Part shown: positions 63,158-64,000 of the stretch, one piece after another
How the letters are laid out: every line of letters begins with the position of its first letter
How positions within the stretch are numbered: position 1 is the stretch's first letter
NCBI GenBank assembly: GCA_951406725.2
Contig: OX597826.1
Location: 38,626,001 to 38,690,000, forward strand
Origin: Octopus vulgaris
Lineage: Eukaryota
DNA length: 64,000 nt
Direction: 5' to 3'
Position numbers and translations under genes: made by a program
The notes under the pieces: generated by a model
Told to the model about the DNA's origin: nothing
Database searches by the model: none
Seen by the model: only the letters and a program-made list of their open reading frames with translations

Positions 63158-64000
63158 GCATTCATGTTTGAGTATGGAGGAAGATGGCAGGAAGAGGAGA
63201 GAGAGGGAGAGTGAGTAAGTTATATGGAGGGATGTGCGCATGCAAGGATGTGATGAAAGTGTGTAAGAATGTATGAGTGTTTGAATGAGGAGAAAAAATG
63301 ACGAAAATAAAATTAAAATAAAAACAAAATGCTTAAAAACACAATAAAAATAAAGCTGCAACTAATAAATTAGGTTGAAATTGTTCAATTGTTAGAATAA
63401 GAGAAGAGAGTGAGAGTAGTATGGAGAGAGAGAGAGGGAGATAGAAAAAGAGGAGTACTTTTCCACAGAGAAACGACAACAATGAAAACAGAAAAAAATG
63501 AAACCTCTAGAACTTCCTATAGAACCAGGTTCACTCCTCTAAACACACACATACACATGTGAGTGTATGTGTATATACATATATATACGCACACATATGT
63601 ATATATACACCATGCCAGCATGGAAAGTGGACATTAAATGGTGATGATGATGATACACAAGGCAACAGCAATAAAAAACAAGACTATTTTATAGCAATGA
63701 TTGCTGCCACCACACCAACCACTAACACCATCAACGCCACTACAGGGAGCCAACAAGAAGCCTCTAAGTGGTCAGATACTTGTTTGATCTGAGAGAAAAA
63801 TCAACCAAATGTCCTCTGAATCACAATGTCATAGGGAAAAAATGCATAGGATAATGTGGACTAGACTTGTCTACACATAGGAAAATGACAGGATGGTCAT
63901 GGCCGGTATACTTTTGATCATATGTCTTCTCAATCAGTACTGACCTGCAATTAAACAACAACAACAACTATGATGTAAATACCTATTTCTTTACTACCCT

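Overview
AT-rich, repeat-dense eukaryotic DNA. The SINE families and the gene sequence suggest a coleoid cephalopod, probably Octopus (inference). One protein-coding gene is supported: the 5' part of a minus-strand DLC1/STARD13/crossveinless-c type RhoGAP gene. It has three SAM-domain exons (14766-14695, 11537-11456, 10692-10632) and a 1093-nt Ser-rich exon (2386-1294), all with compatible splice phases. Two candidate alternative first coding exons (62927-62828 and 34962-34848) both splice in frame to the SAM exon. The RhoGAP and START exons lie off-window to the left. The rest is intron filled with tRNA-derived SINEs, R4/Dong, RTE and L1/Tx1 LINE remnants, Gypsy remnants, mariner, hAT, piggyBac and Helitron elements, and microsatellites; most ORF-track entries are artefacts of these. 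The most striking non-coding pattern is a set of unrelated long inverted repeats, most carrying minimal type-I hammerhead ribozyme motifs from Penelope-like retroelements (PLEs). These include two nested Naiad-type PLEs forming concentric inverted repeats (39782-43201) and a hammerhead with a 97-nt helix II. A hAT element closely resembling mammalian MER1/Charlie3 (7237-7684) is also present. All family names come from recognised motifs, not database searches.
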